Of a stretch of 48,888 bases of DNA, positions 1 to 9,811 are shown piece after piece; within the stretch, counting starts at the first letter, position 1, and each line of letters opens with the position of its first letter. A program made the position numbers and the translations under genes. Below the pieces are notes generated by a model. It did no database searches and was not told the DNA's origin. It saw only the letters and a program-made list of their open reading frames with translations. The DNA comes from a virus (lineage: Duplodnaviria; Caudoviricetes): IMG/VR virus record IMGVR_UViG_3300021476_000274, positions 1 through 48,888 of that record; one strand, given 5' to 3'.

Positions 1-58
1 ACGCGCACAGACCGGGACAGCCAACGCCCAGAAGTTGTAATTCATTCCGTCCTGCCGT

Positions 59-616
59 TTATACCAAAAACGCCTTAATCCACATTCCGGCATCCTGCAC
101 GCTGAAGTGCCGGACCAAATGACCTGCCATTTCGCCCAATCCAGCACCCAGCACGGCACCCGCCACCACATCGCTCAAAAAGTGCATACCCAGCATAATC
201 CTCGACATCCCGATCATCGCGGCACTCAAAAACAACCAAGGCTTGAGATGAGGATAAAAGATCCCCAGCGATACCGCCACCGCAAAAGCCGAAATCGTAT
301 GGCCCGACGGGAAGCTCCACTGATCCGACAGGAGCCAGGTATGGCGCCGCTCAATTCCGAATGGCCGGAGTCTCCGGATCTTGCGTTTCAACACCAGGAA
401 CAACGCAACTCCCATCATGCTGGCCACAACCGAGGCTCCCAGGGCTTTCCATCGATCTTGATCGCCGAACAGTCCAAGGGTTCCGCCCACAATGTACCAT
501 AACCAACCGTCGCCAGATCGGGTACAGGCCAGCATCCATAAGCGCAACCAGCGGGGCAGGGGACGGGCGAATTGCTTCATAATACGGTGGTCTTGTCGGA
601 CGATCCAGGCGCGCAT
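59..616 (-). CDS. PAP2-family membrane phosphatase (host gene or moron)
   Basis: Motifs KRKIRRLRP, SFPSGH and SRIMLGMHFLSDV, with several TM segments. ATG at 616 is preferred over GTG at 634. Confidence 0.9.
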   Translation of the reverse strand: MRAWIVRQDHRIMKQFARPLPRWLRLWMLACTRSGDGWLWYIVGGTLGLFGDQDRWKALGASVVASMMGVALFLVLKRKIRRLRPFGIERRHTWLLSDQWSFPSGHTISAFAVAVSLGIFYPHLKPWLFLSAAMIGMSRIMLGMHFLSDVVAGAVLGAGLGEMAGHLVRHFSVQDAGMWIKAFLV

Positions 617-617
617 A

Positions 618-676
618 TTTATGTTGGCGACCACCGAACCGTCATGATGTCGACTCTTTCGGGTCGTCCCCCGTGG
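618..676 (-). repeat. Dispersed ~60-bp element, copy 1 (divergent centre)
   Basis: + strand reads TTTATGTTGGCGACC-N29-GGTCGTCCCCCGTGG. Its arms match copies 2-6. Confidence 0.85.
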
Positions 677-780
677 TCGAGTGCTTCGACGGAACCGTGC
701 AGCCTTTCGCAGTTTTAAGTCCGAGTCCTGGCATGGCTACTTCCTGTTTTTCCGCTGAACTCACGACCATAGAGTCTACT

Positions 781-837
781 TGGTCACTGGTGACCACGTG
801 GTGACCAACCAACTGGTGACCGATCATCGGTCACCAG
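781..837. repeat. Cluster of GGTGACC/GGTCAC palindromes
   Basis: TGGTCAC-TG-GTGACCA, ACCACGTGGT and a perfect 12-bp inverted repeat CTGGTGACCGAT-C-ATCGGTCACCAG overlapping the recombinase stop codon. Confidence 0.8.
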
Positions 838-1426
838 CCTCACTCTTCTCCGCTGACGCGCAAATCTTCTGCACCCCTGCCGAACTCCGGCCCGTCTCAC
901 GGGCTATCTGCCGGATGCTCATGCCTTGCCGCCTCAATTCCATGACCCGGTCCGGTCCCTCAAATCTAGGACGCCCCAGTTGCACGCCCTTACGCCGGGC
1001 GTTCGCGATTCCGCTCTTGACCCGCTCGACAATCAAGGCCCGTTCGAATTCCGCGAAGGCCCCGACAATTTGGAAAAATAAACGCCCCATCGGGGTCGTG
1101 GTATCGACATCCTGAGTCGCCGAAATGAAATCGATCTCCAGGGCATGAAAGTGGGCCAAGGCGTCCAAAAGCGCCGTGAGACTTCGGGCAAACCGGTCGA
1201 ATTTCCACACCACCACCACGTCAAACGGTCTAGCCAAGGCATCCCGCATCAACTCCATGTACGCCGGGGCTTTCCGGCGTTTCCCAAAGTCTCCCGTGAC
1301 GTGATCGACGTATTCCCGGTAGACCTGGAACCCGCGGCGCTGGGCGAATTCCCTCAACTGAACCAACTGGGCCTCCGGCTTTTGGTCCGCCATCGAAACA
1401 CGAGCGTAGAGCGCAATGCGTTTCAT
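824..1426 (-). CDS. Small serine recombinase (resolvase/invertase, Pin/Hin family) with C-terminal HTH
   Basis: MKRIALYARVS (catalytic Ser), KFDRFARS, AEFERALIVERVKSG...LGRP, then the HTH GMSIRQIARETG. About 200 aa. Confidence 0.95.
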   Translation of the reverse strand: MKRIALYARVSMADQKPEAQLVQLREFAQRRGFQVYREYVDHVTGDFGKRRKAPAYMELMRDALARPFDVVVVWKFDRFARSLTALLDALAHFHALEIDFISATQDVDTTTPMGRLFFQIVGAFAEFERALIVERVKSGIANARRKGVQLGRPRFEGPDRVMELRRQGMSIRQIARETGRSSAGVQKICASAEKSEAGDR

Positions 1427-1584
1427 CCAGAACTCCGTTTTCCGAACGTCCGCAGTACCCATCGGACCGACCAATTCAGCACCGCGCCCATACCGATGCC
1501 CACCAGCGTCACGAGCACGATGGCCCACGCGAGCGTCAAAGTGGCCAACACAATCTTGACGGCATCGGAAGGCGCGGGGATCAT
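1423..1584 (-). CDS. Small membrane protein
   Basis: ATGA-coupled on both sides; one long hydrophobic segment. Confidence 0.6.
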   Translation of the reverse strand: MIPAPSDAVKIVLATLTLAWAIVLVTLVGIGMGAVLNWSVRWVLRTFGKRSSG

Positions 1585-2543
1585 GATGGAAAGTCCCGGA
1601 CTCTCAAATCTTCGGGCCATTCGGACATGTCGCCGCCCTTTCCGCTAACCTGCGTCCATTGTTCAGGGTCCGCGTTCCGCTTACGCGCCCAGTAACTACC
1701 CAACTGCTTAACGAAGCACGCCACGCCAGCCGCGTTACACTGCGCGATGGTGTTCCGCGCCCACGCGATATCGAATGGCCGCGCCCCTGGCCCGCTCTCG
1801 CCGCCGACGATCATCCAGTCGATGTTTGCCACGCCGAAAAAGCGTTTGTACGCTTCGTCGATCAACCATCCCTTGAAATCCACCGGCCCCAGCGCTGGCT
1901 CGTAGCTCACGAACCGTTTCGCCGCCGGAGTCTGCAACAACAGAGGGATGCGCTCGTCGGCGGTCTTTTGATCCTCCACGGAGACGCCGATCCAGAGGTT
2001 GGGGAGCGGAGGCTTAGGGCAGCGCCTAAATTCGAATTCCGTTCCGCGCTTGTTGGCGTGCGCCAAGGACACAAGGCTGTAAGCTCCCGGTCGATGTTCG
2101 CCACCATCCACTGATCGGTTCATCCATTCACGGAGCCGCTCAAAGGTCACCGAGGAGCAATATCCAAGCATCCGCTCGGGCCTCTTTGTGAGCACCTGAA
2201 ACGTATGCTGCGGGCACAGCGCCATCACAGCAAACACGCGGTCAATCGCTCCATCCGATAGCATCTCGTGGAACAGATCGCTCATCGAGTTGACGAAGAT
2301 GCGCTGGGGCTTTCGCCAGTGCAGCGGTTCGGTGAGCTTCGATTTGATCAGTTCGACCCGCCCATTCCATTTCGGCCCTGTGTTGGTAAAAGACGCATAA
2401 CCTTGGAGACTGACCGGAGAAAGCAACAAACCACGCGCCGCTATGCGCTCCGCGTAGCAATTTCTGCAACCTTCCGACACCCGCGAGCACCCGCGCGTGG
2501 GGTTCCAGGTGCGGTCGGTCCATTCGATGCTGGTTTTACCCAC
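1581..2543 (-). CDS. Phage Gp37/Gp68 family protein (DUF5131)
   Basis: TSIEWTDRTWNPTRGCSRVSEGCRNCYA, IFVNSMSDLFH, LTKRP and IVGGESG are typical of this family. Confidence 0.92.
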   Translation of the reverse strand: MGKTSIEWTDRTWNPTRGCSRVSEGCRNCYAERIAARGLLLSPVSLQGYASFTNTGPKWNGRVELIKSKLTEPLHWRKPQRIFVNSMSDLFHEMLSDGAIDRVFAVMALCPQHTFQVLTKRPERMLGYCSSVTFERLREWMNRSVDGGEHRPGAYSLVSLAHANKRGTEFEFRRCPKPPLPNLWIGVSVEDQKTADERIPLLLQTPAAKRFVSYEPALGPVDFKGWLIDEAYKRFFGVANIDWMIVGGESGPGARPFDIAWARNTIAQCNAAGVACFVKQLGSYWARKRNADPEQWTQVSGKGGDMSEWPEDLRVRDFPS

Positions 2544-2897
2544 TCATTCCACCAACCTGCGATGAATCTCGTGCGCAGCCAGCTTAGCACCAAGATCGCC
2601 AGTTCCTAGAGGCTTCGGCGGGCGCTCAGCATCTTGAATGGCCAGTTCCCACCGCTCAGCGCAGGAGATGACGCGCGATGGCTTTCCGGTCCCTTGATCA
2701 AGCGTGAATACCACCCACATGTTTTTCGCTAGAGCAGAAGGCGCAAGGCCCCAACGGTTCTGCCGTAGCTTTTGGATAAGATCCTCCCGGAACTGATCGC
2801 GTGCGATGCGGGCCAGCCGGACGGCATGGATCACGCATGCGATCCCGATCAAAACCAGCCCGAAGGCCGTGACGGCGAGCAATTGGGTCTGGGTCAT
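2544..2897 (-). CDS. Hypothetical protein with N-terminal TM segment
   Basis: Coupled to its neighbours; hydrophobic N-terminus. Confidence 0.6.
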   Translation of the reverse strand: MTQTQLLAVTAFGLVLIGIACVIHAVRLARIARDQFREDLIQKLRQNRWGLAPSALAKNMWVVFTLDQGTGKPSRVISCAERWELAIQDAERPPKPLGTGDLGAKLAAHEIHRRLVE

Positions 2898-3160
2898 GAC
2901 TGTGGATTGAATCCCCGGTACGTAATGTCGGACCGTTTTTCAACGCGCTCGATGAAGACCGTGCTGGTTCCAACTCTGTAGATCACCCGGTAGGGGGGAA
3001 CTTTCAAGCGCCGATAAGATTGCTTGGTCCGTAACTGCATTGAATTATCGGGATACGGGTTATCTTCTAAGTCCAGAATGCTCTCGACGATCAACTTGCG
3101 CCAATGCTCAGGCAGGCCACGGATCGCGCGCCTAGCGGCGTTTTCGATCTTTAATTTCAT
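2894..3160 (-). CDS. RelE/ParE-family toxin
   Basis: 88 aa containing LEDNPYP...YRRLKVPPYRVIYRV...VEKRSDITY. Confidence 0.85.
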   Translation of the reverse strand: MKLKIENAARRAIRGLPEHWRKLIVESILDLEDNPYPDNSMQLRTKQSYRRLKVPPYRVIYRVGTSTVFIERVEKRSDITYRGFNPQS

Positions 3161-3293
3161 AGCCCAGGCTCTTGACGAACGCCCGGAAACTGTAGTGCGG
3201 CTTGCGGCTGGCCCGGCGAATGATATCGTAATCCCGCTGGTCTTCGCGTTCCTGCGCGGTCAGGCGTCGGCGTCGGTTCGTTTTGATCGGCAT
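3132..3293 (-). CDS. Probable short antitoxin (53 aa, missing from the ORF track)
   Basis: MPIKTNRRRRLTAQEREDQRDYDIIRRASRKPHYSFRAFVKSLGYEIKDRKRR. Has a GAGG RBS and overlaps the toxin start. Confidence 0.65.
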   Translation of the reverse strand: MPIKTNRRRRLTAQEREDQRDYDIIRRASRKPHYSFRAFVKSLGYEIKDRKRR

Positions 3294-3430
3294 GACCTCA
3301 AGTGTACACTAAACATCAGCAAAGTGAACAGTCAAAATCAACGGTACCGGTACTCTCATTTCAATGCTTTACGGTACCTGAGAGTCTTGGGGTTTTGTGG
3401 ACACCGTGATATCCTCATTCCATGCCGGTC

Positions 3431-3775
3431 ATGGACGAAACCCCGGAGTTGGCGTTGCGGCGCTTACTCGCGTCCCCGCTCCGGTTCGGCGATCCGGACC
3501 AAATCGAAATCCTCCGGGTCCTCAAGATGGCGGAAGACCTGATCGAAACGTCCCGCGTCTGCGATGTGTGCGATGGGGAAGGCGAGACCAAGGATGAACC
3601 AGGGGAATGCTGGAATTGCGGACGTGCCTGTCAGTATTGCGAGACCGTGGGGAGCGCCTGTAAAAAGTGTAAAGGCACCGGGGAAGTTCCTTGGACCAGA
3701 GAACTGGTCTACAGCTTGCGGGCATCCAATATCGAAAGACTCCTGAAGCACTTGGGTCTCCTGAGAAGCGCATGA
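3431..3775 (+). CDS. Zinc-finger protein (CxxCxGxG repeats)
   Basis: CDVCDGEG and CKKCKGTG; ATGA overlap with the next gene. Confidence 0.7.
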   Translation: MDETPELALRRLLASPLRFGDPDQIEILRVLKMAEDLIETSRVCDVCDGEGETKDEPGECWNCGRACQYCETVGSACKKCKGTGEVPWTRELVYSLRASNIERLLKHLGLLRSA

Positions 3776-5424
3776 AACCAACGCTCGGCACAAATCAGGA
3801 AGGCCGCGATATCCAGATCGACGTTCAGCGTTTGGTTGAAACCCGGCTGCTCGTGACGGCAACGTCGGGGGCGGGGAAAAGCTGGGCGTTGCGCAGGATT
3901 CTTGAACAGACCCACGGGCATGTACAGCAAATCGTCATCGATCCAGAAGACGAATTCCACACATTGCGAGAAAAGTTCGATTACGTTTTGGCCGGGCGCA
4001 ATGGAGGGGATTGCCCGGCGGATGTCCGAAGCACCCAGTTGCTCGCGACCAAACTACTGCAATTGGGCGTTTCGGCCATTATCGGGATTTACGAATTGCC
4101 GCACCATGACCGCATCAGGTTTGTCAGGTTGTTTTTGGAATCGCTGGTGGATGCGCCCAAAAACCTTTGGCATCCCTGCTTGATCGTCATCGACGAAGCC
4201 CACATCTTCAGCCCGGAATCCGGTAAAGGCGAAGCGGAGAGCAAAGCCGCAGTCGCCGATCTGATGAGTCGGGGCCGGAAGCGTGGATTCGCCGGACTGT
4301 TGGCCACGCAACGATACAGCAAATTGGACAAAGATGCGGCCTCGATGTGCACCAACGTGATGGTCGGACGCTTCACTCTCGATGTAGATGTGAAACGCGC
4401 AGTCGATGCCCTGGGATTCATGGGGCGTGATGACCAGCAACGCATTCGCAGCCTGAACGATGGGTACTTTTACTGCCACGGACCGGCCCTGACGCCCACG
4501 GTCGAACTGGTACATGTGGGGCCCGTCAGTACGACACACCCGCGCGCCGGCCAGCGCGCCGCGGCTCCGGCGCCGCCCCAAAGCACCATCAAGAAAGTCT
4601 TGAGCGAACTTGCGGATCTGCCGGCTGAAGCGGAAAAGAAGGCCAAGGGCGAAGCGGAACTCAGGGCTGAAATCCAGCAGCTTCAACGGGACCTCCGGGC
4701 AGCCAAAACCACGATCCCGGCTCCGCAGATTATCGAAAAGCCGGTATTGGGCCAGGACGTGATCCAGCGTCTGGAAGCAATTGCCGATAGCTTGCAGAAT
4801 AGCGGCCAGAATGCAATTACAGTGGGTTCCCTGGTGGCCGATGCCCTAAAACTCACGAAAGCTCCCGAACGTCTCACCAAACCGCCGGAACGTTTGACCA
4901 CACAGCCGAAACGTCTCACAAAACCGTCGGAATCAAACGGAGACCTGACAGGACCGGAACGCCGTATCCTCGATGCCGTCGCGTGGCTTGAATCCTTAGG
5001 GATCACGGCACCGGAACAAGCCGCCGTGGCGTTCTTGGCGGGCTATACGGTTGACGGAGGATCGTTTAAGAATCCCAGGGGCCATCTGAACCAGGCGGGA
5101 TACGTCGAGTACGTTCAACCGGGTCGCATTCGCCTGACGCAATCGGGCTGGAGTTCCGCGAGCATTCCGGACCGGCCGCTGGACGCCACGGAACTACAGG
5201 GCCGCGTCAAAGACCGGCTACCGGGTCCGGAGCGCAAGATCTTGGATGTCCTGATCGCCGCTTATCCACAGCCCATGTCCAATGAAGAAGTCGCGCGCGC
5301 CGCCCATTACGAACCGACTGGAGGATCGTTCAAAAATCCTCGCGGAAGGCTCCGGAGCTTGGGCCTGATCGATTATCCGGCAACCGGCATGCTGGTCGCG
5401 CGGTCGCTGCTGTTTTTGGAATGA
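3772..5424 (+). CDS. HerA/FtsK-superfamily (DUF87-like) ATPase with two C-terminal wHTH-like repeats
   Basis: Walker A ATSGAGKS, IDPE, Walker B IVIDEAH, RGRKRG and ATQR. The block GPERxILD...GGSFKNPRGxL occurs twice. Confidence 0.85.
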   Translation: MKPTLGTNQEGRDIQIDVQRLVETRLLVTATSGAGKSWALRRILEQTHGHVQQIVIDPEDEFHTLREKFDYVLAGRNGGDCPADVRSTQLLATKLLQLGVSAIIGIYELPHHDRIRFVRLFLESLVDAPKNLWHPCLIVIDEAHIFSPESGKGEAESKAAVADLMSRGRKRGFAGLLATQRYSKLDKDAASMCTNVMVGRFTLDVDVKRAVDALGFMGRDDQQRIRSLNDGYFYCHGPALTPTVELVHVGPVSTTHPRAGQRAAAPAPPQSTIKKVLSELADLPAEAEKKAKGEAELRAEIQQLQRDLRAAKTTIPAPQIIEKPVLGQDVIQRLEAIADSLQNSGQNAITVGSLVADALKLTKAPERLTKPPERLTTQPKRLTKPSESNGDLTGPERRILDAVAWLESLGITAPEQAAVAFLAGYTVDGGSFKNPRGHLNQAGYVEYVQPGRIRLTQSGWSSASIPDRPLDATELQGRVKDRLPGPERKILDVLIAAYPQPMSNEEVARAAHYEPTGGSFKNPRGRLRSLGLIDYPATGMLVARSLLFLE

Positions 5425-5642
5425 TGTTCGAACCATACTACATCGGAGTCTTCACGGAAACGCGGGGACCATGGGAATACCGCGTCAAGGTCGAGCGGAA
5501 TCGCCGGACACTCCGTTGGTCTGCTCGAATCATCGGGACCGCCGGCACCATCGTCGAAGGCCAAAAGTCCAGCGAAGCCTGCCGGTCGGCGGTCGAGCAT
5601 ATGCTCCAAAAACTGGAAGATTGGAAAGCGGTAGACCCGTGA
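5421..5642 (+). CDS. Hypothetical protein
   Basis: Coupled start and stop codons within the operon. Confidence 0.55.
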   Translation: MMFEPYYIGVFTETRGPWEYRVKVERNRRTLRWSARIIGTAGTIVEGQKSSEACRSAVEHMLQKLEDWKAVDP

Positions 5643-5827
5643 GGCTGGCGCTCGAGATCCACGCGGCCCGCATGAGGCTCGCGGCGTCCAGACGACGCCT
5701 GACTGAGGCCCGGAAATCCGGGAAACCAGAACGAGTCGCGGCTTTCTGGGAGTCCATCAGGATCGATAACGGCATCATGAGGGGCCAGATCCATCCGGAT
5801 GCTCAACGATCAAAGGGTGTCAGATGA
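5639..5827 (+). CDS. Hypothetical protein
   Basis: GTGA and ATGA overlaps with both neighbours. Confidence 0.5.
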   Translation: MRLALEIHAARMRLAASRRRLTEARKSGKPERVAAFWESIRIDNGIMRGQIHPDAQRSKGVR

Positions 5828-8031
5828 ACCAACAGGAGCAATACGACGATTTTGTCCGGCACAAGATCATCCGGGCTGAACCGTGCGGTTTTGAACCTGG
5901 ATCGTTGAATCCTAAACTGTTTCCATTCCAGGCCGACATTGTCCGTTGGGCCATTCGAAAAGGCCGCGCCGCGCTGTTTGAGGATTGCGGACTCGGCAAG
6001 ACGTTTCAGCAAATCGAATGGGCGCGAGAAGTTGCCCGCCATACCGGGAAACCGGTCTTGATATTTGCGCCATTGGCTGTGTCCAGGCAGACTAAAGCTG
6101 AGGGCATGAAGTTCGGGGAGCAGATTTCGATCTGCGCGACTTCGGTCGATATTGAGGGAACCAGCATCACGAATTATGAAAAGATGAGTAAATTCACGCC
6201 CGATGGACTGGGCGGTATCGTGCTCGATGAATCCAGCATACTCAAAGGCTTCGATGGGAAGACCCGTAAGGCATTGACGACTTTTGCATCGACCATTCCA
6301 TATCGTCTGTGCTGTACGGCGACGCCTGCCCCTAACGACTACATGGAATTGGGCAATCATGCGGAGTTTCTGGGCGTCATGAAACTCTCGGAAATGCTCG
6401 CGACGTTCTTTGTTCACGACGGCGGCGATACATCGAAATGGCGCCTTAAACGTCACGCTGAACAAGAATTCTGGAAATGGGTGTGCTCTTGGGCCGTCGC
6501 GATCCGTAAACCTTCAGACTTGGGCTACGACGATGGAGCTTTCCAGTTGCCGGAACTCAAAATGCATCAGATCACGGTTTCGTGCGACTTCCCAAGCGAA
6601 GGTCTGCTGTTCAGCGTTGAAGCCAAGACGCTCCATGAACGCCGAGGCGCTAGAAAAGCGTCGCTCGATTCACGCGTGAGCCGGTGTGCCGAACTGATAA
6701 ATAACAGTCGGGACCAATGGGCCATTTGGTGTAATCTCAACTCCGAAAGCGAAGCCATTCGAGAGCAAGTAATCGGCTGCATAGAAGTCACGGGCAGCGA
6801 TCCTGACAGCCACAAAGAAGACTGTGCGGTCGCGTTCGCGTCTGGCGAAATCAAACGAATGGTCTCAAAACCATCGATCTTCGGTTTCGGCATGAACTTT
6901 CAATCCTGCCATAACGTCGTGTTCGTGGGATTGAGCGACAGCTACGAACAGTTCTACCAAGCGATCCGCCGATGCTGGCGATTCGGCCAGAAGGATCCAG
7001 TGGATTGCTACATCGTAACGGCTGAAACCGAAGGGGCCGTGGTGAGGAATATTGAACGCAAAGAGAAACTGGCGCGAGACATGATGGACGGTATGGTCGA
7101 ACACATGAAAACCGAAATGCGCAAGCAGGTACGGGGCGACATTACCACGGAAACCCGCGAGAGACACCAGGAAACCGGACCAGGGTGGACCATGGTGCTG
7201 GGTGATTGCGTGACGGAATCCGCGGCCCTTGAGCACGACAGCATCGATTACAGTATCTTCAGTCCGCCGTTTGCTTCGCTCTACACATACTCTCAATCCG
7301 AACTCGATATGGGGAATTCACGGAATCATCGGGAGTTTTATGACCACTTCGGGTTTCTCATCACGCATCTATTGAGGATCTTGAAACCGGGCCGGCTCCT
7401 GTCTTTTCACTGCATGAACTTGCCGATGACGAAAGAACGGGACGGAGAAATTGGCATATGGGACTTTCGCGGAGAATTGATCCGGCTGTTCATTGAAGCA
7501 GGTTTCGTTTACCATTCCGAAGTCGTGATATGGAAGGACCCGGTCACTGCGATGCAACGGACCAAGGCTCTGGGGTTGCTCTACAAGCAACTGCGGAAAG
7601 ATTCCTGCCGATCACGTCAAGGAATTCCGGACTACCTGGTCACCATGCGCAAACCCGGCGTCAATCTCGATCCCGTCACCAAAACGCACGATGGTTTCCC
7701 GGTAAACAGATGGCAGCGCTTCGCCTCACCGGTCTGGATGGACATCAACCCTTCCGATACGTTACAGCGCGAAAGCGCCCGCGAGCACGACGACGAGCGC
7801 CATATTTGCCCGTTGCAACTTCAGGTTATCGAACGCGCCATCGAACTGTGGACCAATCCGGGAGACCTCGTACTATCGCCCTTCGCAGGAATTGGCAGCG
7901 AGGGCTATGTTGCAATCCAGCAGGGCAGGCGCTTCGTAGGAATCGAACTGAAAGAATCCTATTGGAAACAGGCCGTAGCAAATCTGAAAGCCGCTAAAGC
8001 TAAACAGGAAGGCTTGTTCAGCGCGCCTTAG
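5824..8031 (+). CDS. SNF2-like helicase fused to an N6-A/N4-C DNA methyltransferase
   Basis: Helicase motifs GLGKT, LDESS, TATP and QAIRRCWRFGQ; methylase motifs FSPPF and SPFAGIGS. Confidence 0.9.
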   Translation: MNQQEQYDDFVRHKIIRAEPCGFEPGSLNPKLFPFQADIVRWAIRKGRAALFEDCGLGKTFQQIEWAREVARHTGKPVLIFAPLAVSRQTKAEGMKFGEQISICATSVDIEGTSITNYEKMSKFTPDGLGGIVLDESSILKGFDGKTRKALTTFASTIPYRLCCTATPAPNDYMELGNHAEFLGVMKLSEMLATFFVHDGGDTSKWRLKRHAEQEFWKWVCSWAVAIRKPSDLGYDDGAFQLPELKMHQITVSCDFPSEGLLFSVEAKTLHERRGARKASLDSRVSRCAELINNSRDQWAIWCNLNSESEAIREQVIGCIEVTGSDPDSHKEDCAVAFASGEIKRMVSKPSIFGFGMNFQSCHNVVFVGLSDSYEQFYQAIRRCWRFGQKDPVDCYIVTAETEGAVVRNIERKEKLARDMMDGMVEHMKTEMRKQVRGDITTETRERHQETGPGWTMVLGDCVTESAALEHDSIDYSIFSPPFASLYTYSQSELDMGNSRNHREFYDHFGFLITHLLRILKPGRLLSFHCMNLPMTKERDGEIGIWDFRGELIRLFIEAGFVYHSEVVIWKDPVTAMQRTKALGLLYKQLRKDSCRSRQGIPDYLVTMRKPGVNLDPVTKTHDGFPVNRWQRFASPVWMDINPSDTLQRESAREHDDERHICPLQLQVIERAIELWTNPGDLVLSPFAGIGSEGYVAIQQGRRFVGIELKESYWKQAVANLKAAKAKQEGLFSAP

Positions 8032-8804
8032 CGTTCCCACCAACCCAGATCGAATTCAAACGCCCCGGCGGTCGTGGCGTTCGAGGGAAAATAGATGTGG
8101 AACAGGCCCCATTGTTGCGGTCCAATAATGACGGGTGGCGCAGCCGAAACGACCCGGCCCGCGGTCGCGCCGACGACGCCGCCGCCCGCTTCGATTCCGC
8201 CGAACATGCAGATCAATTCATCTTGCGTCACGGGGATGACGTGCCGCATCCAAGCCCGGCCAGCCGTCCGGACACCCGTACCGGCCGCCGGTACCGTCAA
8301 GGCCCCGGCACTGAACGCTTGAACGTTGGCGATAGAGGCCGTTTGATCGTCCATATTGGAATTGAACACGGTCAACGCCACGTTCCCGGCCGTGGGGGTC
8401 CGGTCTTTGCTATCGACCCGGATGACCATTTTGGCTCCGATGGCCGACGCTGGCACCACGGGGGCCGTGCCTGTAAAGGCAATGCGGACGAAATCCATGT
8501 AGATGCGCTTGTAGGTTCCCCCGCCCTGCTGGTCATTGTTTTTGATCGCAAATGTGGCGGTGGTGTCTGAAAACGAAGCCACGATAGCGTAAGTAACCTG
8601 CGTGTCGATCGTGGGATTGGTGGCGTAGAAATAGCTGCCTTCATCGGCCAGCAGATGTTTGGTAGGCACCAAGGATTCGACGTAGTTAGAGCCGTACTGA
8701 TCGAAACGTTGCTGCGCCGGAGGCGTGCCGTCGGGTTGTTTTTGGGGCTTGGTTCTGGCTATCCGGGCGATGGTCGATGGATTCTGTGGAAAACTCGGAA
8801 ACAT
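8028..8804 (-). CDS. Putative virion protein (beta-rich)
   Basis: AAAGGAG RBS; T/A/V/G-rich sequence with a beta-strand pattern. Confidence 0.6.
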   Translation of the reverse strand: MFPSFPQNPSTIARIARTKPQKQPDGTPPAQQRFDQYGSNYVESLVPTKHLLADEGSYFYATNPTIDTQVTYAIVASFSDTTATFAIKNNDQQGGGTYKRIYMDFVRIAFTGTAPVVPASAIGAKMVIRVDSKDRTPTAGNVALTVFNSNMDDQTASIANVQAFSAGALTVPAAGTGVRTAGRAWMRHVIPVTQDELICMFGGIEAGGGVVGATAGRVVSAAPPVIIGPQQWGLFHIYFPSNATTAGAFEFDLGWWER

Positions 8805-8814
8805 TCGCTCTCCT

Positions 8815-9174
8815 TTATTGGAACGTGATCGTGATGTCGGCGGACGGGCCAATCGCCTGGACGGTCAGGCCGTTCACAAACGCAACACCGAAATGTAAAT
8901 CCTTGCTTTGGTTGCTGCACGACACGATCGCGATGACGTTGCCGGGACCCGTGGGAGCGGCGTCTTGCAAGGTCAGGAGACATCCCGGTTGTGTTGCGGG
9001 AGCGTTGATGATGACGGCTTGGAGGATGCCGGTCGAAGTCTTGACGGTCGTGAGCGCCGTGGGGGTCGGGACGTGTTGGTAGTTGAGACCGGCCAATACG
9101 ACGGGCTGCTGAGCACGGCTCAAAACCAGACCCACGATTACGAAGCAGCACGCCAGTATCGCCAGTTTGCTCAT
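8815..9174 (-). CDS. Signal-peptide protein with a small beta-sandwich domain (paralog 1)
   Basis: N-terminal hydrophobic signal followed by AQQP; C-terminal domain resembles the two upstream genes. Confidence 0.65.
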   Translation of the reverse strand: MSKLAILACCFVIVGLVLSRAQQPVVLAGLNYQHVPTPTALTTVKTSTGILQAVIINAPATQPGCLLTLQDAAPTGPGNVIAIVSCSNQSKDLHFGVAFVNGLTVQAIGPSADITITFQ

Positions 9175-9809
9175 TGGTAGGAAATCGTCGCCGTCATTGG
9201 CGTCGTACACTGGGTTGCCCCGGTGGGCGTCGTGGTTTCGCCGGTACTGATGGCGGTCGCGAAATTGAACGCTGCGATTGCGCCGACCGGGACCTCGACG
9301 GTCACGCCAGACTGGACCCCGATAGGATGCAGCGCTCCGGTACCGAGCGTCGCGGCGGCACTGTTATAAAACTGGAGATAACAGACGGTGTTGTTGGGAT
9401 TGAAAACGTAGAAGCCATAGACGTTCCCGGACGTTGCCTTGACCTGAGTGGCGGCCGAGGACGTAACGTCAAACGAGGACGTTGCGCCGCCAGAGGTCGC
9501 GACCGGGCTGAAACTAACGGCGACGGTGCCCGAAATCGTGGCCGTAATGGTGTTGGTGACGAAGGCGTTGACGGCCGGAACGATCACGGCACCGGGCGAA
9601 GTGCCATAAGTCGAAATCGCCCCCAAGGTCGATCCGGCCCAACTCGTGACGCTCACGAGCCACGCGGCCGCATTGGGCGCTTGCGGCCCTTGCGCTACGG
9701 GCTGTTGCGCCCACAGCACGACTCCATAGACGGTCAAGACGATCACGAGCGCGACGGCCAGCCGGCCCAGCCGAAATCCAGGACGCTTGAGCTTCAGGCG
9801 GACGATCAT
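9171..9809 (-). CDS. Signal/TM protein with a small beta-sandwich domain (paralog 2)
   Basis: TM segment followed by AQQP; QVKATSGNVYGFYVFN...YLQFYN; ends in ISYQ. Confidence 0.65.
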   Translation of the reverse strand: MIVRLKLKRPGFRLGRLAVALVIVLTVYGVVLWAQQPVAQGPQAPNAAAWLVSVTSWAGSTLGAISTYGTSPGAVIVPAVNAFVTNTITATISGTVAVSFSPVATSGGATSSFDVTSSAATQVKATSGNVYGFYVFNPNNTVCYLQFYNSAAATLGTGALHPIGVQSGVTVEVPVGAIAAFNFATAISTGETTTPTGATQCTTPMTATISYQ

Positions 9810-9811
9810 CG

